A stretch of DNA of 64,000 nucleotides, taken from contig CAXXDV010000003.1 in the NCBI GenBank assembly GCA_963674745.2, forward strand, positions 448,001 to 512,000, written 5' to 3'. Each line of letters begins with the position of its first letter. Positions within the stretch are counted from its first letter, which is position 1. This DNA comes from Desulfosudaceae bacterium (GTDB taxonomy: Bacteria; Desulfobacterota; Desulfobacteria; Desulfobacterales; Desulfosudaceae). A program made the position numbers and the translations under genes. The notes under the pieces are model-generated. The model had not been told where the DNA came from and ran no database searches. It was given only the letters and a program-made list of their open reading frames with translations. This document shows, one piece after another, positions 1-9,144 of the stretch.

Positions 1-531
1 AAGTTCCGTATTGCCGAAGCCGCGGTAAACAATCTGGCTTACAAGGCCTGGGGGTTCAACCCGGTGGTCATGCCCTGGCCGGACGTGCCGGTGGCATTGA
101 AGCAGGGCGTTATCGACGGCCTGGATCATACCCCCATGGTATGCAACATTACCAAGAAGTTTGAGGTCTGCAAATATTTCACCCAGCTTAACTATGCCCA
201 GGGCCTGTTTATCTGGATTTTTAACAAGGCCTGGTTTGAAAGCCTGCCCGAAGACCTGCAGCAGACTTTTACGGAAGTGGTTCACAAGGTGTGCGCGGAC
301 ATTCGCAAGCAGACCGTGTTGCAGGAAGATGAACAAATCGCCGCCGCCAAGGCCAACGGCATCGAGTTTATCACGTTGCCCGAAGATGAGATGGCCCTGT
401 TGAAAAAACAGGCCAACGACGTCTATGGGGAATTCTCTGAAGAAATTAACAAACTGTATCCTGGAGATACTTACCGCCCGGAAAACTACCTCAAGGAAGT
501 TGAGGCCTATATGGGTTACAGCGTGGATTAA
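1..531 (+). CDS. dctP: TRAP transporter substrate-binding protein (5' end outside window)
   Basis: Frame open from base 1 (KFRIAEAAVNNLAYKAWGFNPVVMPWPDVPVALKQGVIDG); ALxQGVIDG motif; followed by dctQ/dctM. Confidence 0.9.
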   Translation, partial: KFRIAEAAVNNLAYKAWGFNPVVMPWPDVPVALKQGVIDGLDHTPMVCNITKKFEVCKYFTQLNYAQGLFIWIFNKAWFESLPEDLQQTFTEVVHKVCADIRKQTVLQEDEQIAAAKANGIEFITLPEDEMALLKKQANDVYGEFSEEINKLYPGDTYRPENYLKEVEAYMGYSVD

Positions 532-556
532 AAAGGGCGTAAAATAACTGGCAGTG

Positions 557-595
557 ACAGGAGGCCGTGTGACGGCCTCCTGTTTTCTGTTTTTT
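557..595 (+). terminator. Stem-loop plus T-rich tract after dctP
   Basis: Perfect 12-bp stem acaggaggccgt/acggcctcctgt, then tttctgtttttt. Confidence 0.65.
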
Positions 596-627
596 ACGGC
601 CCGGTCGAATCCGGCGGGAGTCTGTAG

Positions 628-1137
628 ATGGTTGAAAAAACATTAAGAATATTGGACAAAGCGCTCTCATTTTTTGAGTCTTGGACGCTTTTTATAACGG
701 TCTTTATCGCTTTAATCGCCCTGTTTGTAAATGTCGTGCTGCGTTATGGTTTTAATTATTCCCTGGCCTGGTCAGAGGAGTTGATCCGGATTGTGATTGT
801 TTATACGACCCTGATCGGTTGCAGCGCAGCGGTTAAAAGCGGCACCATGATAAAAATAGACGCATTGGTCCAGATTGTTCCCCGGCTGAAGACACCGCTT
901 TCCTATTTCAGCAACCTGGTTACGCTGATCTTTTCGGGGATGCTGGTTTATTACGGATGGCAAATTGCCGCCATGCAGGCGAGGACCTGCCAGAAGACCG
1001 TTATTATGGAAATTCCTTATGTCCTTATATATGCCTTTCTGCCCCTGATGGGCGTTATGATGGGTATCCGAATCCTGCAGGTATTGTACCGGGATATAAC
1101 GGGACGGGATATTTTTAAACAGGAAAAGGATGCCTGA
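628..1137 (+). CDS. dctQ: TRAP small permease
   Basis: 4 TM segments; NVVLRYGFNYSLAWSEEL signature. Confidence 0.92.
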   Translation: MVEKTLRILDKALSFFESWTLFITVFIALIALFVNVVLRYGFNYSLAWSEELIRIVIVYTTLIGCSAAVKSGTMIKIDALVQIVPRLKTPLSYFSNLVTLIFSGMLVYYGWQIAAMQARTCQKTVIMEIPYVLIYAFLPLMGVMMGIRILQVLYRDITGRDIFKQEKDA

Positions 1138-1188
1138 TAAAGGCTGGCTGGTTTTTTCGGGTATGCCAACCCAAAAGGCTGAAAAATT

Positions 1189-2484
1189 ATGGAAATAAGT
1201 TATCTTATTGTTCTGCTGATACTGCTCGGAACCATGGCCGCCTACGTGCCGGTATTTATGTGCCTGTTTTTTACGGCCGTGTTGAGTTTTATCTTTTTTA
1301 CTGACCTGCCGCTGCTGCTGCTGATTCAGACCTTGTTGAAGAGCCTGGACAATTTTGCCCTGGTGGTCGTGCTGTTTTTTATCTTGTGCGGAAACATTAT
1401 GACCGCCGGCTCCATTGTGGACCGGCTGATCAAGTTCGCCAACGTTCTGGTCAGCTGGCTGCCGGGAGGGCTTGGCATGGCCGGCGTGCTGGCTTGCGGG
1501 CTTTTTGGCGCTATTTCAGGTTCTACCGTGGCCACGGTGGTCGCTCTGGGGTCCTTCATGATTCCGGCCCTGATTGAAAACGGTTACAAAGAAAACTACA
1601 CCCTTGGTGTCATGACCACCTCGCCCAACCTGGGGGTTATTATTCCGCCCAGTATCGGTATGATTCTTTACAGCATGATCAGCAATGTGTCTCTGGAAGG
1701 ACTTTTCCTGACGGGTTTCGTGCCGGGCATGTTGATTATGCTCGGGGTTTGTGTTTACACCTACTTCGTATTCCGGAAAGATAAAGCCATCAAGGTCTCG
1801 CCTGTGCCCGGGCTGGCTGAGTTATGGGCGGTCTTCAAAGTAAGTGTCTGGTCCCTGCTGCTGCCGGTGATTATTTTCGGCGGGATTTTTTCCGGCATGT
1901 TTACCGCCAACGAGGCGGCGGTCGTGGCCTGCGTGTACGCCTTTATCGTCGAGTTATTTATTCATAAAAGCATTAAATTCGATGACGTCAAGCAGATCAC
2001 CGTGAGTTCGGCGGTCACATCGGCCACCTTGTTGATTATTGTGGCGGGTGCGACCTGTTTCGGCCGCTATCTGACCCTTGAAAATCTCCCGGGCCAGATT
2101 ACCGGTGCCGTTATCTCCAGTATTCAATCACCGGTTGCCTTTCTGCTGGTCATCAATGTCCTGCTCCTCGTCATCGGCATGTTCATGGATATCATTTCAG
2201 CCACCCTGATTCTGGGGCCGGTCTTTTTACCCATGCTGGGTGCATTTAATATTGATCCCATTCATTTCGGGTTGATTATGACGGTGAATCTTGCTATTGG
2301 ATATTGTACCCCGCCGATGGGGGTCAGTTTATATATTACCGGCGCCATCGCGGACCGGGACCTGATATATGTCTCCAAGGCCGTGTTGCCGTTTGTGATT
2401 ATTCAGTTGATCGTTCTGGGTATGATTACTTATCTGCCGGACGTCGTATTATGGTTACCCCGGATGCTGGGGTTTATTGGATAA
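1189..2484 (+). CDS. dctM: TRAP large permease
   Basis: Polytopic; FGAISGS, IIPPSI, GYCTPPMG motifs. Confidence 0.95.
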   Translation: MEISYLIVLLILLGTMAAYVPVFMCLFFTAVLSFIFFTDLPLLLLIQTLLKSLDNFALVVVLFFILCGNIMTAGSIVDRLIKFANVLVSWLPGGLGMAGVLACGLFGAISGSTVATVVALGSFMIPALIENGYKENYTLGVMTTSPNLGVIIPPSIGMILYSMISNVSLEGLFLTGFVPGMLIMLGVCVYTYFVFRKDKAIKVSPVPGLAELWAVFKVSVWSLLLPVIIFGGIFSGMFTANEAAVVACVYAFIVELFIHKSIKFDDVKQITVSSAVTSATLLIIVAGATCFGRYLTLENLPGQITGAVISSIQSPVAFLLVINVLLLVIGMFMDIISATLILGPVFLPMLGAFNIDPIHFGLIMTVNLAIGYCTPPMGVSLYITGAIADRDLIYVSKAVLPFVIIQLIVLGMITYLPDVVLWLPRMLGFIG

Positions 2485-2523
2485 ACAACACATTTGGAAG
2501 AAAATGGAGAAAAGGAGTCGAAA

Positions 2524-3435
2524 ATGTCTGCAACATTAATCAAAGGAACTGAAATCCGGGAAGCGATCCTGGAAGAAATTACTGCTGAAGTTAAGGAGCT
2601 CAAGGAAAAACATGGCCAGGTACCCGGTCTGGTAACGATACTGGTAGGCGAAAATCCCGCTTCCATATCTTACGTGACGCTTAAAATCAAAACGGCCGAA
2701 CGGGTTGGCTTCAAGGAAGTACAGGATTCCCAGCCGATTGATATTTCCGAAGAAGACCTGCTGGCCCTGATTGATAAATACAACAATGACGACAGTATTG
2801 ATGGTATTCTGGTTCAGCTGCCGTTGCCGAAACAAATCGACGAAAAGAAGGTGCTCAATGCCATAAATCCGGACAAGGATGTGGATGGTTTTCACCCGGT
2901 CAACGTGGGCCGTCTGATGATCGGTGGCAATGAAGTCAAGTTTCCGCCCTGCACCCCGGCCGGGATCCAGGAAATGATCGTGCGGGCCGGTGTTGAGACC
3001 AGCGGCGCGGAAGTGGTCGTTGTCGGACGGTCCAATATTGTCGGCAAACCCATCGCGAATATGATGCTGCAGAAAGGTCCCGGCGCCAATTCCACGGTTA
3101 CCATTGTCCATACCCGTACCAAAGATATGGCCGCGCATTGCAAACGGGCCGATATCCTGATCGTGGCAGCCGGTGTCCCCGATCTGGTCAAACCGGAATG
3201 GATTAAACCCGGCGCCTGCGTTATCGATGTCGGCGTCAACCGCGTCGGCGAAAAGCCCAGTGCCAAAGATCCCAGCAAGATGGTAGCCGTTTTGAAGGGT
3301 GATGTTGATTTTGACGCTGCCAAGGAAATTGCCGGTTATATCACCCCGGTACCGGGCGGCGTCGGCCCCATGACCATTACCATGCTGATGAAAAACACCT
3401 TGAACTCGATGAAGTTCAAACTCGGTTTGATGTAG
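2524..3435 (+). CDS. folD: Methylenetetrahydrofolate dehydrogenase/cyclohydrolase
   Basis: GILVQLPLP, KDVDGFHP, GRSNIVGKP, TPVPGGVGPMT; ATG 2524 preceded by AAGGAG. Confidence 0.97.
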   Translation: MSATLIKGTEIREAILEEITAEVKELKEKHGQVPGLVTILVGENPASISYVTLKIKTAERVGFKEVQDSQPIDISEEDLLALIDKYNNDDSIDGILVQLPLPKQIDEKKVLNAINPDKDVDGFHPVNVGRLMIGGNEVKFPPCTPAGIQEMIVRAGVETSGAEVVVVGRSNIVGKPIANMMLQKGPGANSTVTIVHTRTKDMAAHCKRADILIVAAGVPDLVKPEWIKPGACVIDVGVNRVGEKPSAKDPSKMVAVLKGDVDFDAAKEIAGYITPVPGGVGPMTITMLMKNTLNSMKFKLGLM

Positions 3436-3445
3436 TTCATTTTTT

Positions 3446-3488
3446 TTCACACGCCGGCATAATATCCATGCCGGCGTGTGAATTTTTT
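3446..3488 (+). terminator. Intrinsic terminator after folD
   Basis: 15-bp stem ttcacacgccggcat/atgccggcgtgtgaa followed by T6. Confidence 0.7.
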
Positions 3489-3537
3489 GTTGACAAAAGC
3501 TTGTAAAGAAGATTAAAAAGACTTTTGTCCACAAAGA

Positions 3538-3612
<75 letters not shown>

Positions 3613-3622
3613 TTTTTTTTTA

Positions 3623-3697
3623 GGCGGCATAGCCAAGTGGTAAGGCATCGGTCTGCAAAACCGACATTCTCCGGTTCAAATCCGGATGCCGCCTCCA
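3623..3697 (+). tRNA. tRNA-Cys(GCA)
   Basis: GGCGGCA/TGCCGCC acceptor stem; tcggt-ctGCAaa-accga anticodon arm; CCA end. Confidence 0.97.
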
Positions 3698-3725
3698 CCA
3701 CAACTCTCCCCGGGAACCAGCCAAG

Positions 3726-4559
3726 ATGAACAATGATTTTTGTATAATTCCGTTACGGGCGGCTGTGGAAGCCGGTACCGCTATTTTGGAAGTTTATGGG
3801 TCGGATTTTACCGTTGAACATAAAGCGGATGATTCGCCCCTGACGCTGGCTGACCGGCGGGCCCATAACATCATTATCGCCTACCTTGATGCTACCGATA
3901 TCCCTGTTTTGAGTGAAGAAGGGCGGAACATTCCTTTTGAAGAACGGCAGGGGTGGGAAAAGTTGTGGATTGTCGATCCGCTTGACGGTACCAAAGAGTT
4001 TATTAAACGTAACGGTGAATTTACCGTCAATATCGCGTTGATTGAAAACGGCCGGCCGGTTTTCGGTGTTGTATTCGTGCCCGTTAAATCCGTTCTGTAT
4101 TTCGGCGCCAGGGACCTGGGGGCTTATGTGATTGAAGACGCGGGTGTGATCAGCGATATTGCCGCCGGTAACATTGCGTCCATTGATGATGTGCTGGCCG
4201 GTGCGCTCAAATTGCCAAGAGCGCTGCCGCCACGGACAGTGATTAAAGTCGTCGGTAGCAGATCACATTTAACTGATGAAGTTAAAGCCTTTGTGGAAGA
4301 GATGCGAAGCAGGCATGGCGAGGTGGAATTTACCAGCGCCGGCAGCTCGCTTAAGATCTGCCTGGTTGCGACAGGTGAGGCGGATATTTATCCCCGACTG
4401 GGCCCCACCATGGAGTGGGATATCGCGGCGGGACACGCTGTCGCCGAAAATGCCGGCGCCCGTTTTTATTGCCATGGGACAAATCAGCCGATGGTATATA
4501 ACAGGGAGGATCTCCTGAATCCCTGGTTTGTGGTTGAACGGGCCGGTTTTTCAGACTGA
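3726..4559 (+). CDS. cysQ: 3'(2'),5'-bisphosphate nucleotidase (PAP phosphatase)
   Basis: WIVDPLDGTKEF, GSSLK, YPRLGPTMEWDIAAG. Confidence 0.95.
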   Translation: MNNDFCIIPLRAAVEAGTAILEVYGSDFTVEHKADDSPLTLADRRAHNIIIAYLDATDIPVLSEEGRNIPFEERQGWEKLWIVDPLDGTKEFIKRNGEFTVNIALIENGRPVFGVVFVPVKSVLYFGARDLGAYVIEDAGVISDIAAGNIASIDDVLAGALKLPRALPPRTVIKVVGSRSHLTDEVKAFVEEMRSRHGEVEFTSAGSSLKICLVATGEADIYPRLGPTMEWDIAAGHAVAENAGARFYCHGTNQPMVYNREDLLNPWFVVERAGFSD

Positions 4560-4592
4560 TATGAACAGGTAACCCTAATCCGGAGGGACTGC

Positions 4593-6026
4593 ATGTTATT
4601 CCCTGTAATTCTGGCCGGGGGCTCTGGTACGCGACTCTGGCCGCTTTCCCGGCAATTTTATCCCAAGCAGGTTATGCCTTTGACCGGGCAAGACACCATG
4701 ATTCAGGAAACGGTTAACCGTCTGAAGAACGTCCCGGAGATTGGCGCTCCCATTGTCCTTTGTAACGACACCCATCGTTTTATGGTGGCCGAACAATTGC
4801 GCCGGAGTGATTCTCAATCGGCAACCATTGTGCTGGAACCGGTCGGGAGAAATACCGCGCCGGCAGTGGCAGTGGCGGCCCTTATGGGGCTGGAAAAGGA
4901 CAACGACGCCGTGCTTATGGTGATGCCTTCCGATCATTATATCGCCGACGGACGGGCTTTTCTGGAGGCCCTGGCTGTCGGTCGTATTTTCGCCGAACAG
5001 GGCGCGCTGATCACTTTCGGGGTGGTGCCGGACGCGCCTGAGACCGGTTATGGTTATATCAAAAAAGGCGGCCCCCCGGATATCCCCGGACAAGTGCCAC
5101 CGGCATCGGACGGGGTTGCCATGATTGATTCGTTTGTCGAAAAACCGGACAGAGAAACGGCCGAGGCATATCTCAAATCAGGGGAATATTTCTGGAACAG
5201 CGGTATGTTCATGTTTAAGGCCGGAAGCGTGATCGATGAGCTTGAGCGTTTTGCGCCGGAAATTGTGTCCCAATGCCGGGAGGCAGTGGCCAAAGGCCGG
5301 TCCGATCTTGATTTTTTCCGTCTGGATGAAACGGCTTTTACTGCCTGTCCGTCCGATTCCATCGACTACGCGGTAATGGAGAAAACCGATAAAGGGGTCA
5401 TGGTACCGTTGTCGGCCGGGTGGAACGACCTCGGTTCCTGGGAAGCCTTATGGGGCGTCGGCGGTAAAGACGATCAGAATAACGTGATAGAGGGAGATGT
5501 CGTTATTCATGACGTGACCAATTCTTATTTGCGTGCTTCTTCCCGGATGTTGGCCGCGGTCGGGATCGACAATCACATTGTCGTGGAAACCGCTGACGCC
5601 GTGCTGATTTCACCCCGCCACCGGGCCCAGGATGTTAAAGCGATTGTGGACCAACTCACGCAGGACAGTCGAAAGGAGGCCTTGAGCCACAAGACAGGCT
5701 ATCGACCCTGGGGGACGTGTGAACAACTGGTTGTTTCCCAACAGTTCCATGTTAACCGGCTGACTGTTCGGTGCGGGGAGAAGCTGTCCCTGCAAAAACA
5801 CCAGCATCGCGTTGAGCACTGGGTGGTTTTATCCGGAACGGCCCGGGTCACCAAGGGCGAACAGACCTTTGACCTGGTGGCCAACGAATCGGTCTATCTG
5901 CCGGCCGGTGTTGAACATCGACTGGAGAATATTGGAGATAACGCTCTGGACGTGATCGAGGTGCAGACCGGTAATTTTCTGGGAGAAGAAGATATTGAGC
6001 GACTGGAGGATGTTTACGGCCGATAG
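4593..6026 (+). CDS. manC: Mannose-1-phosphate guanylyltransferase / mannose-6-phosphate isomerase
   Basis: LAGGSGTRLWPLSR, FVEKP, WNSGMF; C-terminal cupin (RPWG, LSLQKH, EHW). Confidence 0.95.
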   Translation: MLFPVILAGGSGTRLWPLSRQFYPKQVMPLTGQDTMIQETVNRLKNVPEIGAPIVLCNDTHRFMVAEQLRRSDSQSATIVLEPVGRNTAPAVAVAALMGLEKDNDAVLMVMPSDHYIADGRAFLEALAVGRIFAEQGALITFGVVPDAPETGYGYIKKGGPPDIPGQVPPASDGVAMIDSFVEKPDRETAEAYLKSGEYFWNSGMFMFKAGSVIDELERFAPEIVSQCREAVAKGRSDLDFFRLDETAFTACPSDSIDYAVMEKTDKGVMVPLSAGWNDLGSWEALWGVGGKDDQNNVIEGDVVIHDVTNSYLRASSRMLAAVGIDNHIVVETADAVLISPRHRAQDVKAIVDQLTQDSRKEALSHKTGYRPWGTCEQLVVSQQFHVNRLTVRCGEKLSLQKHQHRVEHWVVLSGTARVTKGEQTFDLVANESVYLPAGVEHRLENIGDNALDVIEVQTGNFLGEEDIERLEDVYGR

Positions 6027-6070
6027 TATCCCGGATATTTCATGAATTTTATGATTTGGTGCTTTTAAAA

Positions 6071-7156
6071 ATGTTTAAATCGGAACGGAGAAAAACACGG
6101 CAGATTCATGTCGGTGATGTGGCCATTGGCGGTGACGCCCCGATTTCGGTTCAGTCCATGACCAATACGGTCACGGCCGATGTGACGTCCACGGTCGGAC
6201 AGATTGCCCGCCTCCAGGACGCGGGATGTGAAATTGTCAGGGTGGCGGTGCCGGATATGGAAGCCGCTGAGGCGATTCCATCTATTAAATCGGCGATCCA
6301 AATCCCCTTGATAGCCGATATTCATTTCAACTGGCGACTGGCCGTGGCCGCAATCGAAGCCGGAGCCGATGGTCTGCGGATTAATCCGGGTAATATCGGG
6401 GGCAAGGAGAAAACACTCAAAGTTATTGCCCGGGCAAAAGACAGGGGGGTGCCCATCCGCATCGGGGTTAATGCCGGATCCGTGGAAAAAGACCTTCTGG
6501 AAAAACACGGCGGCCCGACGCCGGCGGCCATGGCGGAGAGCGTTTTTCGCAATATCGAGTTGTTTCACGAGGCCGATTTTCATAATATCAAAATATCCAT
6601 CAAGGCTTCGGATGTTTATCGCACGGTCGAGGGTTACCGACTGGTCTCCGAACAGTGCGATTATCCCCTGCATGTCGGGGTTACGGAAGCAGGCGGGTTG
6701 TTCCCCGGGCTGGTCAAATCATCGGTGGGGATCGGGTTGTTGCTGGCCCGGGGGATCGGTGATACCATTCGGGTATCCCTGACCCGGGATCCGGTCGAAG
6801 AGATCAGGGCCGGGTTTGAGATTTTAAAAGCCCTGGACATTCGTCGGGTAGGACCGGAGATTATTTCCTGTCCCACTTGCGGGCGGTGCCGTATCGATCT
6901 TTTTTCAATAGCCGAAGCGGTGGAAAGCGGGTTGATGAAGATGCGGGCGCCCTTTTCCGTGGCAGTGATGGGATGTGCCGTGAATGGCCCGGGAGAGGCC
7001 AAAGAAGCGGATATCGGCATCGCCGGTGGTGATGGTGCCGGGGTATTGTTTAAAAAAGGACAGATCGTCGCCACCATGCCGGAAGATAAGCTGGTGGAAG
7101 CTTTGTTGACAGAGGCGGCGCGGCTGGAACAGGCATGGCAGAAGAATGAAGGCTGA
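6071..7156 (+). CDS. ispG: HMBPP synthase (MEP pathway)
   Basis: VQSMTNT, ADIHF, RINPGN, HVGVTEAG, CPTCGR, MGCAVNGPGE. Confidence 0.96.
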   Translation: MFKSERRKTRQIHVGDVAIGGDAPISVQSMTNTVTADVTSTVGQIARLQDAGCEIVRVAVPDMEAAEAIPSIKSAIQIPLIADIHFNWRLAVAAIEAGADGLRINPGNIGGKEKTLKVIARAKDRGVPIRIGVNAGSVEKDLLEKHGGPTPAAMAESVFRNIELFHEADFHNIKISIKASDVYRTVEGYRLVSEQCDYPLHVGVTEAGGLFPGLVKSSVGIGLLLARGIGDTIRVSLTRDPVEEIRAGFEILKALDIRRVGPEIISCPTCGRCRIDLFSIAEAVESGLMKMRAPFSVAVMGCAVNGPGEAKEADIGIAGGDGAGVLFKKGQIVATMPEDKLVEALLTEAARLEQAWQKNEG

Positions 7157-7177
7157 AGATGAGTAAAGAGGAATATT

Positions 7178-8704
7178 ATGGGTAAACAGGCGCAAGCGGG
7201 GATTTCTCCGACACGTAATGAAAATTATGCTGAATGGTATCAACAGGTCGTCAGGGCGGCGGATATGGCCGAAACATCTCCTGTCCGCGGTTGTATGGTG
7301 ATCAAACCGTGGGGTTATGGTTTATGGGAAAATATCCGTTTTACACTTGACCGGATGTTCAAGGACTGTGGTGTCAAAAACGCTTATTTTCCGATTTTTA
7401 TTCCCCTGGCTTTTCTTGAAAAGGAAGCCGATCACGTGGAAGGGTTTGCCAAGGAATGCGCGGTTGTGACCCATCATCGACTGGAAAAATCCGGAAAGGG
7501 ACTTGTTCCGGCCGGTGAGCTGAACGAACCCCTGATTGTAAGGCCCACCTCGGAAACGATTATCGGCGATGCCTTTTCCCGTTGGGTTAAAAGTTATCGG
7601 GATCTGCCGGTCATTATCAATCAATGGGCCAATGTCGTCCGCTGGGAAATGCGGACCCGGATTTTCTTGAGGACCAGTGAGTTTTTGTGGCAGGAAGGAC
7701 ATACCGCCCATGCGACCGAGAAGGAAGCCCTGGAGCGGATGGTCCAGATGCTGGATATATATGAAATTCTGGCCAGAGATTACCTGGCCATACCGGTTAT
7801 CAAAGGCCGAAAAACCGAGACAGAGCGTTTCCCCGGAGCGGTAGAAACCATGTGCATTGAAGCCATGATGCAGGACCGCAAAGCCCTTCAGGCCGGTACT
7901 TCTCATATGCTGGGCCAGAATTTTGCCAAAGCCTCGGATATCCGCTTCCAGACGGAAAAAGGCGAGGAGGCCTTTGCCTGGACAACCTCCTGGGGCGTTT
8001 CCACCCGTTTGATCGGCGGGCTGATCATGACCCATGCCGATGATGACGGGATGATCATGCCGCCACGAATATCGCCGGCACAGGTCGTGCTGCTGCCGAT
8101 TATACGTAAAGACACGGATCGGGAGCCGGTGATGAGGGCTGTCGAAAACCTGGCCCGACGATTACGGGAAAAAACATATGCCGGCCGGCAGATGGAAGTT
8201 GAAATCGATGACAGGGATATTGGCGGGGCTCGAAACTGGGAATGGATTAAAAAAGGCATTCCCCTCAGGATTGAAATCGGCCCCAGGGATATTGAGAAAA
8301 ATTCCGTTTCAGTCGCCCGTCGGGACATGAACCATAAGGAAAAAACGTTTATGGGGATCAGTCGTTTTGAAGCGGATATTACGGATATCCTGGACGAGAT
8401 CCAGGCGACATTGTTAAAACGAGCAGTTGATTATCGGGAGCAGCACACGGTTTCCATTGATTCCAGAGAAGGCTTTTATGAATTTTATACGCCGCAGGAC
8501 GCTGAAAATCCGGAAATCCATGGCGGGTTCGCCCTGTCGCCCTGGTGCGGTTCCGCAGAATGTGAAAAGCAGATCAAAGAAGATCTCTCGGTTACGATCC
8601 GCTGCCTGCCGGATGATGCCGGTGCCGGGCAGGCAGAAGCCGCACCATGTATCTGTTGCGGCGGGAAGGTTACGAACAGGGCTATTTTTGCCAAAGCCTA
8701 CTGA
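7178..8704 (+). CDS. proS: Proline--tRNA ligase, archaeal/eukaryote-like type
   Basis: RPTSET, VRWE, FLWQEGHT, QAGTSH, WGVSTR; C-terminal Cys cluster ending FAKAY; no INS editing domain. Confidence 0.95.
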   Translation: MGKQAQAGISPTRNENYAEWYQQVVRAADMAETSPVRGCMVIKPWGYGLWENIRFTLDRMFKDCGVKNAYFPIFIPLAFLEKEADHVEGFAKECAVVTHHRLEKSGKGLVPAGELNEPLIVRPTSETIIGDAFSRWVKSYRDLPVIINQWANVVRWEMRTRIFLRTSEFLWQEGHTAHATEKEALERMVQMLDIYEILARDYLAIPVIKGRKTETERFPGAVETMCIEAMMQDRKALQAGTSHMLGQNFAKASDIRFQTEKGEEAFAWTTSWGVSTRLIGGLIMTHADDDGMIMPPRISPAQVVLLPIIRKDTDREPVMRAVENLARRLREKTYAGRQMEVEIDDRDIGGARNWEWIKKGIPLRIEIGPRDIEKNSVSVARRDMNHKEKTFMGISRFEADITDILDEIQATLLKRAVDYREQHTVSIDSREGFYEFYTPQDAENPEIHGGFALSPWCGSAECEKQIKEDLSVTIRCLPDDAGAGQAEAAPCICCGGKVTNRAIFAKAY

Positions 8705-8765
8705 TGTTGCCGGTTTACAAGCGGAAAGTGGTTAAGTAACGAAAGGCTTTAGCCTTCCAGAAAAG

Positions 8766-8850
8766 CGGTTTTAAGGTTTTAGAGTTTTAAGTGATTAAGT
8801 GATTATGTGGTTATGTGTTTATGTGGCGTAAAAGCTTTAGTGACTATGTA
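8766..8850. repeat. Degenerate 8-bp periodic tandem repeats
   Basis: aaggtttt agagtttt aagtgatt aagtgatt atgtggtt atgtgttt atgtggcg. Confidence 0.6.
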
Positions 8851-8872
8851 GGGGCACGGCGTGCCGTGCCCT
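8847..8872 (+). repeat. GTAG-family REP
   Basis: tGTAGgggcacggcgtgccgtgccct; same unit at 32872, 37860, 38050 (reverse) and 40569. Confidence 0.8.
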
Positions 8873-9025
8873 ATTACATTCAGTGGTTAATTGGTTAAGG
8901 GATTTTGGCTTTATTTACTGACAAATCAATCCTTATTGGATAAAATAATAAGCCAGAGTAAAAAACAGGTTGGAAACTTTATAAAATATGCCAAAAGCGT
9001 TTATAAGTTTTTTCAATAACAGGCA

Positions 9026-9067
9026 CTTGACCCCTCGACCCCTTGAATCCTTGAACCCTTGAACCCT
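9026..9067. repeat. Octamer tandem repeat (CTTGAACC/CTTGAATC type)
   Basis: cttgaccc ctcgaccc cttgaatc cttgaacc cttgaacc; reverse-complement copy at 40517-40543. Confidence 0.75.
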
Positions 9068-9144
9068 GTACGCCGACTAAATTAAAAAATAAAAATATTG
9101 CTTAGCTTTTTAGATTTGAGAAATAAACTAGGTTCAGCTGATCC

